A stretch of 30,265 nt of DNA from IMG/VR virus record IMGVR_UViG_3300005590_000064, positions 1-30,265 of that record. One strand, written 5' to 3'. A program made the translations under genes and the position numbers. The notes beneath the pieces are model-generated. The model did not search any database, had not been told where the DNA came from, and worked only from the letters and a program-made list of their open reading frames with translations. This document shows, one piece after another, positions 8,856 through 17,242 of this stretch; the stretch's first letter is position 1, and every line of letters begins with the position of its first letter. The DNA comes from a virus. Lineage: Duplodnaviria > Caudoviricetes.

Positions 8856-8910
8856 TGGTCAATCTCCACGTTGTCAAATAGCTGCCGGGCTTGGTCCTCC
8901 CGGCTGGCTG

Positions 8911-8939
8911 TGTATGCGCGTGAGATTTTAGCGTGTCAA
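8911..8939 (-). promoter_or_regulatory. Sigma70-type promoter for the minus-strand operon
   Basis: Minus strand TTGACA (8939-8934), 17 nt, CATACA; AT-rich UP-like tract at 8941-8990. Confidence 0.55.
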
Positions 8940-9185
8940 CCAAATAATATGAAGAAAGACCATTTTATCATAATAAAACGATGAAATTTATGTCGGCGGC
9001 CGTCCAGGCCGACGCCCTGACCCAGCGCCGAAGGCGCGGGCAATCATGTGCGCGCCGACCAGGCGCGCTCCGCCTCCCTCACCCCCTGCTTCGCGCACGC
9101 TGACGCGTGCAGCGATTTCGCCCCGACCCAATGAATTCAAGGCGCAAACGAAATCGCGCGCACCCTCCCGCACCCTGACCCTAAG

Positions 9186-9451
9186 GTTACAGTCATGAAT
9201 GCAGGCCGCTGGGTCTGGGGGTGTGTAACGCCGGTGAAACGATACAAAGCCGATGCCGTTACGGTCTAATGCGTTGATTTAATGAGGTAATTTTGTGTTT
9301 GTAACGCTGTGGCGCTGTAACGGTATGTTTTTTTCACGCGCGCGCGCGCGCAGGCGCAATCTTCTGTTTCATCGTTTCAGCGTTACAAGTGTATATAACA
9401 CACTGTTTTTATTGAAAAATGTGTGTAACGCAAGTGTAACGCTGTGGCGCT
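9186..9451. repeat. Cluster of GTAAC/TGTAACG-type repeats in both orientations around a (CG)n tract; candidate replication origin
   Basis: TGTAACG at 9224, 9300, 9316, 9424 and 9435; reverse GTTAC copies at 9186, 9258 and 9382; exact 17-bp repeat TGTAACGCTGTGGCGCT at 9300-9316 and 9435-9451; (CG)7C at 9337-9351; AT-rich 9391-9420. Confidence 0.65.
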
Positions 9452-9474
9452 TGGCGCGCCGGATTGGCCGAAAA

Positions 9475-9489
9475 CCAATAAAATATTGG
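9475..9489. promoter_or_regulatory. Perfect inverted repeat CCAATA-AAA-TATTGG upstream of terS (operator candidate)
   Basis: Seen directly; lies 10 nt before the terS ATG. Confidence 0.4.
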
Positions 9490-9499
9490 GATTTAGTCG

Positions 9500-10204
9500 A
9501 TGGGCGATAAGCGGTCTGGCTTCTCTGGCGCGGTTGCTGATGCGATCGATCAGGCCGATCCGCTCCTCGATGAGGTGGAGACGCTCGATCTGTTCGATGG
9601 TGACCCGGATGCGGGTTCTCCTGTGGGGGCGTCTTCGTTTGCCCAGGGGAAGGGGGGTGGGGTTGTCCAGCGCAAAAAGCCCGGGCGGCCGAAGGGGGCG
9701 AAGAACGTCAGCACCCAGCAGATGATCGACTTCATCAACAGCCGCTATCGCCATCCGCTGCTGGGCCTGGCCGATATCGCGGCGACGCGGCCGGAGGACA
9801 TCGCGCAGCTGATCCTGCCCAGGGACGAGGAGGGCCGGGTGCTGAGGCGCTGGGTTGGCAGCCTTGGGGATGGCAGTCTGGAGCCCTATCAGATCTCCAA
9901 GGATGACATGAAGTGGGCGCTGGACTTCTGGAAGCAGTGCACCATGGAGCTGGCCGAGTATCTGACGCCGAAGCAGCCGCGTGACCTGGTGAGCCCTGAA
10001 GGCCTGCCGCCGATCATCCACCTCAATCTCGGCGCGCAGATCGCGCCTGGCGTGGCGAGTGCCGGCGTGGCGCTGGGCTTCCCGAAAAACCCAGTAAATA
10101 CAGGGTATGAGGATGCTGATTACAGCGAAGTCCCACGCGATGAAGTCCCACAAACGCCGCAACCTGCAGCAAGTACAGCAGATCAGGAGCGGTCGGATGA
10201 CTGA
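9500..10204 (+). CDS. terS: Terminase small subunit-like DNA-binding protein
   Basis: KKPGRPKGAKNVST AT-hook-like motif, HPLLGLADIA, ELAEYLTPKQP; first gene of the late operon, upstream of terL. Confidence 0.7.
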   Translation: MGDKRSGFSGAVADAIDQADPLLDEVETLDLFDGDPDAGSPVGASSFAQGKGGGVVQRKKPGRPKGAKNVSTQQMIDFINSRYRHPLLGLADIAATRPEDIAQLILPRDEEGRVLRRWVGSLGDGSLEPYQISKDDMKWALDFWKQCTMELAEYLTPKQPRDLVSPEGLPPIIHLNLGAQIAPGVASAGVALGFPKNPVNTGYEDADYSEVPRDEVPQTPQPAASTADQERSDD

Positions 10205-10439
10205 TCCGAAATCAGTATCCCTTGCCGCTGCGCGCAGCCAGGCGCGGCCGTATCCAGGCGAAGTGACCCCCCCCGGGGGGGTGTCCCCCCCCACCCCCCA
10301 AAGCCATCCGCGCGCCTTCGATCGTGAGGGGCCCTTTGTGGATTTTTTGGATTTCCGGGGAGGATTGGTTGCGTTTCGCGCCCGGCCGAGTGAAACGAGG
10401 ACGGTGGGTCGGGGTGCGGGCGAAGGAAAACGCCCGTGA
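10197..10439 (+). CDS. Possible small ORF between terS and terL (80 aa), overlapping a G/C-run element
   Basis: AGGAG upstream, start overlaps the terS end and stop overlaps the terL GTG. Composition is low-complexity, so it may be non-coding. Confidence 0.35.
   Translation: MTDPKSVSLAAARSQARPYPGEVTPPGGVSPPTPQSHPRAFDREGPFVDFLDFRGGLVAFRARPSETRTVGRGAGEGKRP
10265..10299. other. C8-G7 palindrome plus C8 and C6 runs; candidate packaging/terminus signal or G-quadruplex
   Basis: GA-CCCCCCCC-GGGGGGG-TGT-CCCCCCCC-A-CCCCCC between terS and terL. Confidence 0.45.
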
Positions 10440-11989
10440 ACGGATCATCCGAAAGCGCGCTGATTTATGGGTATGAGCCGCCGGGGCCGGTCGGACACGC
10501 ATTCATCCATGACCTCCAGCACCCATTGTGCGGGATCATGGGACCTTTCGGGTCCGGTAAAACGAGTGCGTGTCCAGTAAAGGGTCAATTGATCTCTAGG
10601 CTCCAGCCGCCCAGTAAGAGCGATGGTGTGATCAGAAGTCAAGGCTATGTGATCCGCGCGACCTATCGTCAGCTGTGGGATAAAACCATTCCCAGCTGGA
10701 AAGATGTTTTCCCGGTCACCAGTGACTGGCCGTTCGAGGGCTCCAAGAACGGGCCGGCGACGCACCGGATCAAATGGCGTGAAATCAGCGCCCTGGGGCA
10801 GGCCGGGCGTGTGACAAAAGAGGATCCACGTTACTGGCAATGGTATGAGATGATCGTGCATTTCGTCTCCCTTCCGGAAGACGGTGTCGACGAATTCATC
10901 CGCGGGCTGCTGGCGACATGGATCTGGCTCAACGAGGCGGATACGCTGCCGGGCTATGCGGTGGGCGGTCTGCTTGGGCGTCTCGGCCGGTATCCGCCGC
11001 CCCACTTGCTGCCGGACAATGTGACGGCCGGTTTCAATGCCTTGCTCTGCGACTTTAACGCGCCCAATGAAAGCAACTGGACGTATGACCGCTTCATCCG
11101 CAATCCGACGCCGGGTACCAAGCTGCATGTCCAGCCGTCCGGATTTGATCCGAATGCGGAAAACCCCACGCTGCGCAAGTTGCGGCCGAAATATTATCAC
11201 GAGATCGCGGCCGATATGGCGGAATGGGAAGTCAACCGCTTCATCCGCAACAAGGTGGGGTATTCGCGCGATGGCAAGCCGGTCTATGAGACGTTTGACC
11301 GCGACCGTCACATTGCCGATCAGCAGCTGAAGCCATGGCGTGACGTACCGATCCTTGTGGGGGTTGATGGCATGCAGGATGCCGCCGCCGTCATTGGCCA
11401 GAAATATTTCGATGGCCGGACCCAGGACCTGCAGAGCCTTGTGACGCCGGATGGCAACAAGACGGATGCCGTGAGCTTCGGCAAGGCGCTGAAGGAAGTG
11501 CTGGCGGGTGAGTATCCCTACCATGCGGTTGTCTGCATGCTTGACCCGTCCTTGTGGAATTCGAACCCTGCCGATCCGGACTTCACGCCCTGGGCCGTGA
11601 ATTTTGCCGAGGCGTCAGGTCTGGTCTGCATCCCTGCGCCGACGAATGATATCTGGCGGCGGATCAAGGCCGTGCGCCAGGAACTGGACCGGGTGGTGGG
11701 TTCAAAGCCGGCGCATCAGGTTGACCCGTTCCGGAATGAAACGCTGATCGATGGGTTCACGTCCGGCTACAAAATCAAGAAGTCGAAAGGGGCAGACGGA
11801 AATTTTGCCGAGAAGCCCGACAAGCGAAGCCATTTTTCGCACGTGCATGATGCACGCCAGTATCTTGCATTGCTGAGAGGAACGCACACCGATGTGCTTG
11901 ACGCCGCAATCGAATTGCAGGCAGATCGGCTGCGGGCGGTTCGCGGCGCTGACACGATAGGTGGCGGCGCTGTTTTGAATGATTGGTGA
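10436..11989 (+). CDS. terL: Terminase large subunit
   Basis: Walker A GPFGSGKT, Walker B IWLNEA, coupling motif DFNAP, RNase H-like nuclease VGVDG...SHVHDARQY. Confidence 0.93.
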   Translation: MNGSSESALIYGYEPPGPVGHAFIHDLQHPLCGIMGPFGSGKTSACPVKGQLISRLQPPSKSDGVIRSQGYVIRATYRQLWDKTIPSWKDVFPVTSDWPFEGSKNGPATHRIKWREISALGQAGRVTKEDPRYWQWYEMIVHFVSLPEDGVDEFIRGLLATWIWLNEADTLPGYAVGGLLGRLGRYPPPHLLPDNVTAGFNALLCDFNAPNESNWTYDRFIRNPTPGTKLHVQPSGFDPNAENPTLRKLRPKYYHEIAADMAEWEVNRFIRNKVGYSRDGKPVYETFDRDRHIADQQLKPWRDVPILVGVDGMQDAAAVIGQKYFDGRTQDLQSLVTPDGNKTDAVSFGKALKEVLAGEYPYHAVVCMLDPSLWNSNPADPDFTPWAVNFAEASGLVCIPAPTNDIWRRIKAVRQELDRVVGSKPAHQVDPFRNETLIDGFTSGYKIKKSKGADGNFAEKPDKRSHFSHVHDARQYLALLRGTHTDVLDAAIELQADRLRAVRGADTIGGGAVLNDW

Positions 11990-11998
11990 GGCTGCCCC

Positions 11999-12196
11999 AT
12001 GAGTGGACTTTTCAAGCAGAACGTACCGGACGCGAAAACGGGGCCATCGAAGGATGACGAGCGTCAGCGCGCGATGGCGCTGGAAGCCCAGAAGCCGAAG
12101 GGCGGGCGCGGCACGACGATGCTGACCCAGGGCATGGCGTTTCCTGCGCTGGCCCCTGCGGGCACGCCACCGCCAACGAGGGCAACCACGGGGTAA
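11999..12196 (+). CDS. Small hypothetical protein upstream of the portal
   Basis: GAGG SD; GRGTTMLT motif resembles the small pre-portal proteins of podoviruses. Confidence 0.65.
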   Translation: MSGLFKQNVPDAKTGPSKDDERQRAMALEAQKPKGGRGTTMLTQGMAFPALAPAGTPPPTRATTG

Positions 12197-12200
12197 GGCT

Positions 12201-12515
12201 ATGGGCATGAGATCTGTTGTCGTGAAGACAAAGGGCTGGCGTCAGCTGGCCAAGGGCGCGCGGTTCGAGATCTGCAGTCATGACGGGGCGTGCCTGGTCT
12301 TCATCGGCAAGAAGACGCCTCCCGAAGAGGTGGGCGTGGTGGGGATGGAAATCCCGATATCCAGCCGGCAGGTGTTCGATGTGGGTGATGGCGAAACGGC
12401 CTGGGGGCAACTGTATGGCGTAACGTCCCGTTCCGTGGGGCGGGTGACCGTTCGGGAATTGCCGGGCGCGGTCTCGGTCAAATCGATCAGCAAGCGCGCG
12501 AAGGTGTCGAAATGA
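12201..12515 (+). CDS. Hypothetical beta-rich protein (104 aa)
   Basis: Fills the gap; ATGA coupling with the portal gene. Confidence 0.7.
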   Translation: MGMRSVVVKTKGWRQLAKGARFEICSHDGACLVFIGKKTPPEEVGVVGMEIPISSRQVFDVGDGETAWGQLYGVTSRSVGRVTVRELPGAVSVKSISKRAKVSK

Positions 12516-14164
12516 TCGATCCCGAACGCATCGATGAGCGCTCGAAAGATTTTGCGCGGGCGAAGCTGCAGCGGCTGGAGGAGCTGAAAACCATCCGGGC
12601 GGCGCGCGAACCGGAATTGCAGGAAATTGCTGATTATATTTGCCCGCGCCGGGATTTCACACTGACGCCCACGAAAGGCGCAACGCGGACCCGGCGTCTG
12701 ATGGGCACGACCGGCATGGTGAGCCATGAGCGTTTTGCAGCTGTGCTGTATGGTTACATGCTGAGCCCCGCCACGCCTTTTACGCAGCCGCGCCTGCTCA
12801 GCCGCGAGCCGACCTATGAGGAAGATGCCTATTTCGATTATGTGTCCCGGCGGATGCATACGTTCTTCGCGTCGGCCTCGAACACGTTCCGCACGACCAT
12901 GGCCGAAGATGTGCTGGATATTACCGGGTTCGGATCTTCGGTGTTGTGGCAGGACAAGACGCCGCAAGGCTCCAAATATCTCGCGGTGCCTTTCCGGCAA
13001 TGCTATTGGGACCAGAATGAGTGGGGCGAGATCGACACGAATTACCGTGTCTATGAGATGAGCCTGCGCCGCGCGGCCCTGAAGTGGCGGGACAGCCCGG
13101 CGCTTGCCAAGCGCATGGAGAATTCCCAGTCTCCGGAACATGAAATGGTGGAGGTCCTGCACCTGGTTGAACCTCGCGTAGGGGGCGTGCGCGGAAGCGT
13201 CCGCGAGGGCATGCCCTGGCGCGATGTGAACATTCTGACCGAGGCCATGGAAGTGCTGGATGTGGGCGGGCACAACCGGTTCAAATACAATATCGGACGG
13301 TTCAAGACCCGGCCGGGCGATCCGCTGGGCCAAGGCGCGATGTGGGCTGCGCTGCCTTTCTGCAAGCTGGAAAGCGCCGCCTTTGAAAGCTGGATCCGCA
13401 ATGCCGAGAAGCGGGCGGACCCGGCCTTGTGGACGATGCTGCCGCGCGGCACGGCCATCGACCGGCGGCCCGGACAGGTCAATTTCTTCAACCAGCTGAT
13501 GGCGGTGGGCATGCGGGATCCTCGCCATCTGATCCAGCATCTGGAAGAGGGCGGGGATACGGGCGTCAATACCGAGGTGCTGCGTTACCTCGCGAACCGG
13601 ATTGAAACGGCCACCTATATCGACTGGCTGACCCCGAATGAGGGGCCGCAGAAGACCGCGACGGAGGTCTATGACCTTCGGGATCTTCGCCTGCGGACCA
13701 TGGGCCCCATTGTCGCGCGGATGGAGCACGAGAAAATGACCGGCATTGCCGAACAGACCTATGAGGATCTGGACTCCCTTGGCTGGTTCGGGGACCCGCC
13801 CGCCAGCCTGCATGACGAGGAAATCGGTTTCGAGTTCAAGGGGCCGCTTGCGACCGCCCAGCGCCAGGGCGAGGGTGAAAGCATCCTGCGCACGATCGAG
13901 GCCGGCAGGGGCCTTGCCGAGATTGATCCGGATGTCGTGCATTTGTTCCGGTCCGAACCGACGGTGCGCAAGCTGGCAGACGTTTACGGCATGGATGGTT
14001 CCCTGCTGTCCTCGCCCGCCGAATATGCAGAGCGCCGGGAGGCGCAGCGCGAGCTGGGGAACATGCAGGAAGAAATGCAGGCCGCCACGGTGGCCTCCCA
14101 GGCGCTGCGTGACGGGGCGCAGGGCGTGGCCACGCTGCAGGCCGCCCAGGGCGGGGGCGCGTGA
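12512..14164 (+). CDS. Portal (head-to-tail connector) protein, T7 gp8/Bbp21-like
   Basis: 550 aa after terL; motifs EIADYICPRR, GEIDTNYR, KTATEV, MGPIVARMEHE, FKGPLATAQR. Confidence 0.92.
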   Translation: MIDPERIDERSKDFARAKLQRLEELKTIRAAREPELQEIADYICPRRDFTLTPTKGATRTRRLMGTTGMVSHERFAAVLYGYMLSPATPFTQPRLLSREPTYEEDAYFDYVSRRMHTFFASASNTFRTTMAEDVLDITGFGSSVLWQDKTPQGSKYLAVPFRQCYWDQNEWGEIDTNYRVYEMSLRRAALKWRDSPALAKRMENSQSPEHEMVEVLHLVEPRVGGVRGSVREGMPWRDVNILTEAMEVLDVGGHNRFKYNIGRFKTRPGDPLGQGAMWAALPFCKLESAAFESWIRNAEKRADPALWTMLPRGTAIDRRPGQVNFFNQLMAVGMRDPRHLIQHLEEGGDTGVNTEVLRYLANRIETATYIDWLTPNEGPQKTATEVYDLRDLRLRTMGPIVARMEHEKMTGIAEQTYEDLDSLGWFGDPPASLHDEEIGFEFKGPLATAQRQGEGESILRTIEAGRGLAEIDPDVVHLFRSEPTVRKLADVYGMDGSLLSSPAEYAERREAQRELGNMQEEMQAATVASQALRDGAQGVATLQAAQGGGA

Positions 14165-14526
14165 TGTTCCGGTTTTTTCAAAAGCGACGGGCAGGGGTGC
14201 GCCGGGCGGGCTTCCGGACGGCGTTCACGATGCAGGGGGATCCGGTCTTCCGGGATGAGCAGCGGCGGCGCGAGATCTATGCCAAGGTCTTCGGCACATC
14301 AGATGGCCGCATGGTGCTGGCCGATATCCTGATGGGCAGCGGCATTGCGTCGCCAGCCTGGACGCCCGGCCGTCCGCAGGAAGACGCGCAATTCAATTCG
14401 GGGTGCCATGCCATGGCGCTCCAGATCGCCGAGACCGCCGGTCTCAATCTCGGGGCGCTCGGCCAGGCCATGGTCGAGGGCCATCTTGAAGCCATGATGC
14501 AAGCTGAGGAGCCACAGCATGACTGA
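14161..14526 (+). CDS. Bbp19-like phage protein
   Basis: YAKVFGTSDGRMVLADIL...FNSG motif; position between portal and scaffold. Confidence 0.75.
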   Translation: MMFRFFQKRRAGVRRAGFRTAFTMQGDPVFRDEQRRREIYAKVFGTSDGRMVLADILMGSGIASPAWTPGRPQEDAQFNSGCHAMALQIAETAGLNLGALGQAMVEGHLEAMMQAEEPQHD

Positions 14527-15448
14527 TACCAACAACACGCCCGCCTCTCCACCGCCTCCGCCGCCAGTGGTACCTTCGACCACGCCACCGGCCGCGCCGC
14601 CGCCCCCGCCGCCACCTGCTTCCGAGGTGAATGCGGGGGCGGACTGGCTGACCAGTCTGAAGCCGGAATGGCGCGAGCATATCGAGAAAAACAAGTATCC
14701 GACCGATGACCAGAACACGCTGATGGAAACCCTGCTGATCAGCGATGTCGGCGCGATGAACAAGCTGGGCCGTCCGCAGTCGGATCTGATCATCAAGCCG
14801 AACGGGACATTCGAGGAAAACCGGGATGCCTATCTGCAGGGTATGCGGGCCTTTGGCGCGCCGGAAGACAAGGCCGGCTATGGGGAAGCCCCGACGATTG
14901 AGGGCATGGAGTTCAAGGATGGCATGTGGGACGGATTGACCGCAGCCTTTGCCGATATCGGCGTGCCTGAATTCATGGTGAAGCCTGTGCTGGAAAAGGT
15001 TGGCGAGCTGGTCAAGGGCCAGGTCGAGGGCGCAGCGGCCGATGTGAAGACGCCGGAACAGCTGAAGCAGGAAGGGATCGACGCCCTGGCTGGCGAGGTC
15101 GGGCAGGCGAAGGCGATGCAGATGCTGGATGACGCAACGACGCTGCTTAAGTCCAGGGAAGGGGGCGTGGAGTTTGCCCAATATCTCGATGAGAAGGGCC
15201 TGGGCAACGATCCGCGGATGGCCAAGTTCCTGTCCGGTATCATGGCTGACTACAAGGAAAGCGGCATTCATCTGGAGCCCGGCCAGAGCGGTGACGCGCC
15301 GGTCATGAGCAAGCAGCAGGCGGCAGCCGAGCTGGACAAGCTGGAAGCCGACCCGTCTTTCAAGAAGCGCCTGATGGACAGGACGGATCCGGGCCACAAG
15401 GCCGCCGTGGACAAGCGCGCGGAATTGGCAGCGATTGCCTTTGAATAG
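14519..15448 (+). CDS. Capsid scaffolding protein
   Basis: Poly-Pro N-terminus, acidic and helical, GLGNDPRM motif, C-terminal DPGHKAAV; directly upstream of the capsid gene. Confidence 0.82.
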   Translation: MTDTNNTPASPPPPPPVVPSTTPPAAPPPPPPPASEVNAGADWLTSLKPEWREHIEKNKYPTDDQNTLMETLLISDVGAMNKLGRPQSDLIIKPNGTFEENRDAYLQGMRAFGAPEDKAGYGEAPTIEGMEFKDGMWDGLTAAFADIGVPEFMVKPVLEKVGELVKGQVEGAAADVKTPEQLKQEGIDALAGEVGQAKAMQMLDDATTLLKSREGGVEFAQYLDEKGLGNDPRMAKFLSGIMADYKESGIHLEPGQSGDAPVMSKQQAAAELDKLEADPSFKKRLMDRTDPGHKAAVDKRAELAAIAFE

Positions 15449-15462
15449 TTTGCACGAGGCGC

Positions 15463-15524
15463 TTGACCGGGCGCGCAAATCACGCATGGAATGCACGCCA
15501 GAGTGCATCTGCATTCCATGCGTG
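15463..15524 (+). promoter_or_regulatory. Putative capsid promoter overlapped by a perfect 15-bp inverted repeat
   Basis: TTGACC at 15463-15468 with a -10-like TGGAAT at 15487; CACGCATGGAATGCA (15481-15495) pairs with TGCATTCCATGCGTG (15510-15524). Confidence 0.55.
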
Positions 15525-15661
15525 CGGGCCGGGGGGTCTCGTCTGACAGGCGGGGTCCGGCAACCGACGCCGGCAAAGCGGCCGTCAAACGCCAGGCGCG
15601 AGTCCGGAGATCCGGGGGGTTCAGCCGAATTGATCTGATTAATTTGGCAAGGAACACTCCA

Positions 15662-16612
15662 ATGAATGACGTAGTCAATCGTCTCGAAGGTCACAAGGTT
15701 GCGATCTTCGCGCGGAACATCGATCTGGTTCCGCAACAAAAGAAAAGCCGGCTGCTTTCGCATGTTGATGCGGATACGGCCTATTCCGAACATGGTGATC
15801 GCTGGATGGATGACACGATGGGTCTGTCCGATCCGCAAGAGGTCATGCAGGATGTGCGGCCGACGCCGGGCGGCGAAATCGACAAGTTCCGCCGGTTCGC
15901 GTTCTTCAGTACCTATGATGACGGCAAATGGGTCGGCACGCGCGAAAAGGCCGAACAGCTGGTCGATCCGACGAACAAGACCGTCATGGCGATGGGCGCC
16001 GGCCGGGAGCGTCGCCGTGACAAGAAAATCATGTCTGCCATGTATGATTCGATGTGGGTCAATGACGAGAATGGCACGCCGGGCCTGGTCGATCTGCCGT
16101 CTTCCCAGGTGGTCGCGGTCAATGACTGGACCTTTTTCAAAGGCAAGGCTGATGGGGGCGGTACGGCCCCGACGGAAGATGCCGGCCTGACCGTGCCGAA
16201 ATTGCGCAAGGCCAAGGTCATCGCCTCCAATCATATTATCGATGATATGGGCGGGGAATGGTGCATCGCCTATGAAGAGGAGGATCTGCAGAATTTGCTG
16301 ACCTCTGTCGAGGTGGCGAGTGCCGACTATAACAAGGTCCTGGCCCTGATTGATGGCGAGATTGATCTGTACAAGGGATTTCGCTGGGTCAAGGTCGACA
16401 ATGGCCGCTGCAAGTATAATGCGGCCACCACGACCGCGACCCTGCCGATCTGGCATACCGGAAACATCCAGTACAAGGAGCGTCCGCTTGTCACCACGCG
16501 CGTCGGGGAGCGGCCGGACTATTCCTATCGCTGGCATGCTTTCTATGAGGCGCAGGATTCCGTGCTGCGGCGCTTCGATACCGGCGTCATCCACGTGCTC
16601 TGCAAACGGTAG
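15662..16612 (+). CDS. Major capsid protein
   Basis: AAGGAA SD before ATG 15662; QQKKSRL, LVDPT..AMGAGRERRRD, SADYN..ALIDGEI..YKGFRW motifs of podoviral HK97-fold capsids; position after the scaffold. Confidence 0.9.
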   Translation: MNDVVNRLEGHKVAIFARNIDLVPQQKKSRLLSHVDADTAYSEHGDRWMDDTMGLSDPQEVMQDVRPTPGGEIDKFRRFAFFSTYDDGKWVGTREKAEQLVDPTNKTVMAMGAGRERRRDKKIMSAMYDSMWVNDENGTPGLVDLPSSQVVAVNDWTFFKGKADGGGTAPTEDAGLTVPKLRKAKVIASNHIIDDMGGEWCIAYEEEDLQNLLTSVEVASADYNKVLALIDGEIDLYKGFRWVKVDNGRCKYNAATTTATLPIWHTGNIQYKERPLVTTRVGERPDYSYRWHAFYEAQDSVLRRFDTGVIHVLCKR

Positions 16613-16655
16613 GACGGACGGGCTTCAGCCCTTCCATTCCTGAAAGGAACCGAAC

Positions 16656-17153
16656 ATGACTATTGAAACCGTATATGGCGAATACGTTCTGGGCCGGGCG
16701 AAGAATGCCCCGGTCCGGACCGGCCGTTTCCATAATTTCGACCAGACCTATCGCAACATCATGGATCATGCTGTCCTGCCCGCCGGGGCAGAGGCGACGT
16801 CCGTGATCTATCTGGCCGAAGTGAAGCCGGACAGCATCCTCTCGATGCTTGGCCTGCTGAGCTTCGATGCGCTGGGGGCCTCCACCACGCTGTCAATCGG
16901 GCTGGCGGATGATGCTGAAATCGGCCTGTCCGGCAAGGCGGCGCTGCTGAACGCCGCCGCGTCCACAGCCTCTGCCGGCAGCATGTCTGTCGGCGCGGCG
17001 ATTGACCGGGCCAACTGGTTCAAGCCGCTCTGGACCCTTGCGGGCCTGACGGCGAAGCCCACGAAAAAGGTGTCGCTGATTGCCACGCTGGGCGGGGCGA
17101 CATCGGCTGCAGGCGGGGATCTCGCCTGGGAAATTCCGTTTGTGACGTTCTGA
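16656..17153 (+). CDS. Capsid decoration/cement-like protein
   Basis: AAAGGA SD; 165-aa beta-rich Ala/Gly/Thr protein directly after the capsid gene and before a hairpin terminator. Confidence 0.65.
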   Translation: MTIETVYGEYVLGRAKNAPVRTGRFHNFDQTYRNIMDHAVLPAGAEATSVIYLAEVKPDSILSMLGLLSFDALGASTTLSIGLADDAEIGLSGKAALLNAAASTASAGSMSVGAAIDRANWFKPLWTLAGLTAKPTKKVSLIATLGGATSAAGGDLAWEIPFVTF

Positions 17154-17187
17154 TCTCCTGGCTCCAACTAGGGCTATGACGTCACAC

Positions 17188-17226
17188 GGCCCCGGTCGGC
17201 TCGCATCGGCCGGGGCCACCCCTTTA
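17188..17226 (+). terminator. Intrinsic terminator-like hairpin after the capsid genes
   Basis: GGCCCCGGTCG / CGGCCGGGGCC 11-bp stem (one G-U), 8-nt loop, then ACCCCTTT. The weak U-tract would allow readthrough into the tail genes. Confidence 0.6.
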
Positions 17227-17242
17227 AGAAAGACCGGCAAGG

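Noticed and set aside
9186-9451. Repeats read as a CRISPR array
   Set aside because: Units are short, irregularly spaced and in both orientations; no cas genes.
8856-9499. CtrA boxes (TTAA-N7-TTAA)
   Set aside because: Only half-sites seen (for example TTAA at 9279); no full box found by eye here or in the capsid leader.
14540-14620. CCG-rich repeat
   Set aside because: Encodes the poly-Pro disordered N-terminus of the scaffold protein.
15491-15661. 57-codon N-terminal extension of the capsid ORF
   Set aside because: Lies in the inverted repeat and leader with no SD; ATG 15662 has a good SD.
12278-16594. 554-aa and 716-aa minus-strand ORFs
   Set aside because: Antisense to the portal, scaffold and capsid genes; composition mirrors the sense-strand codon bias.
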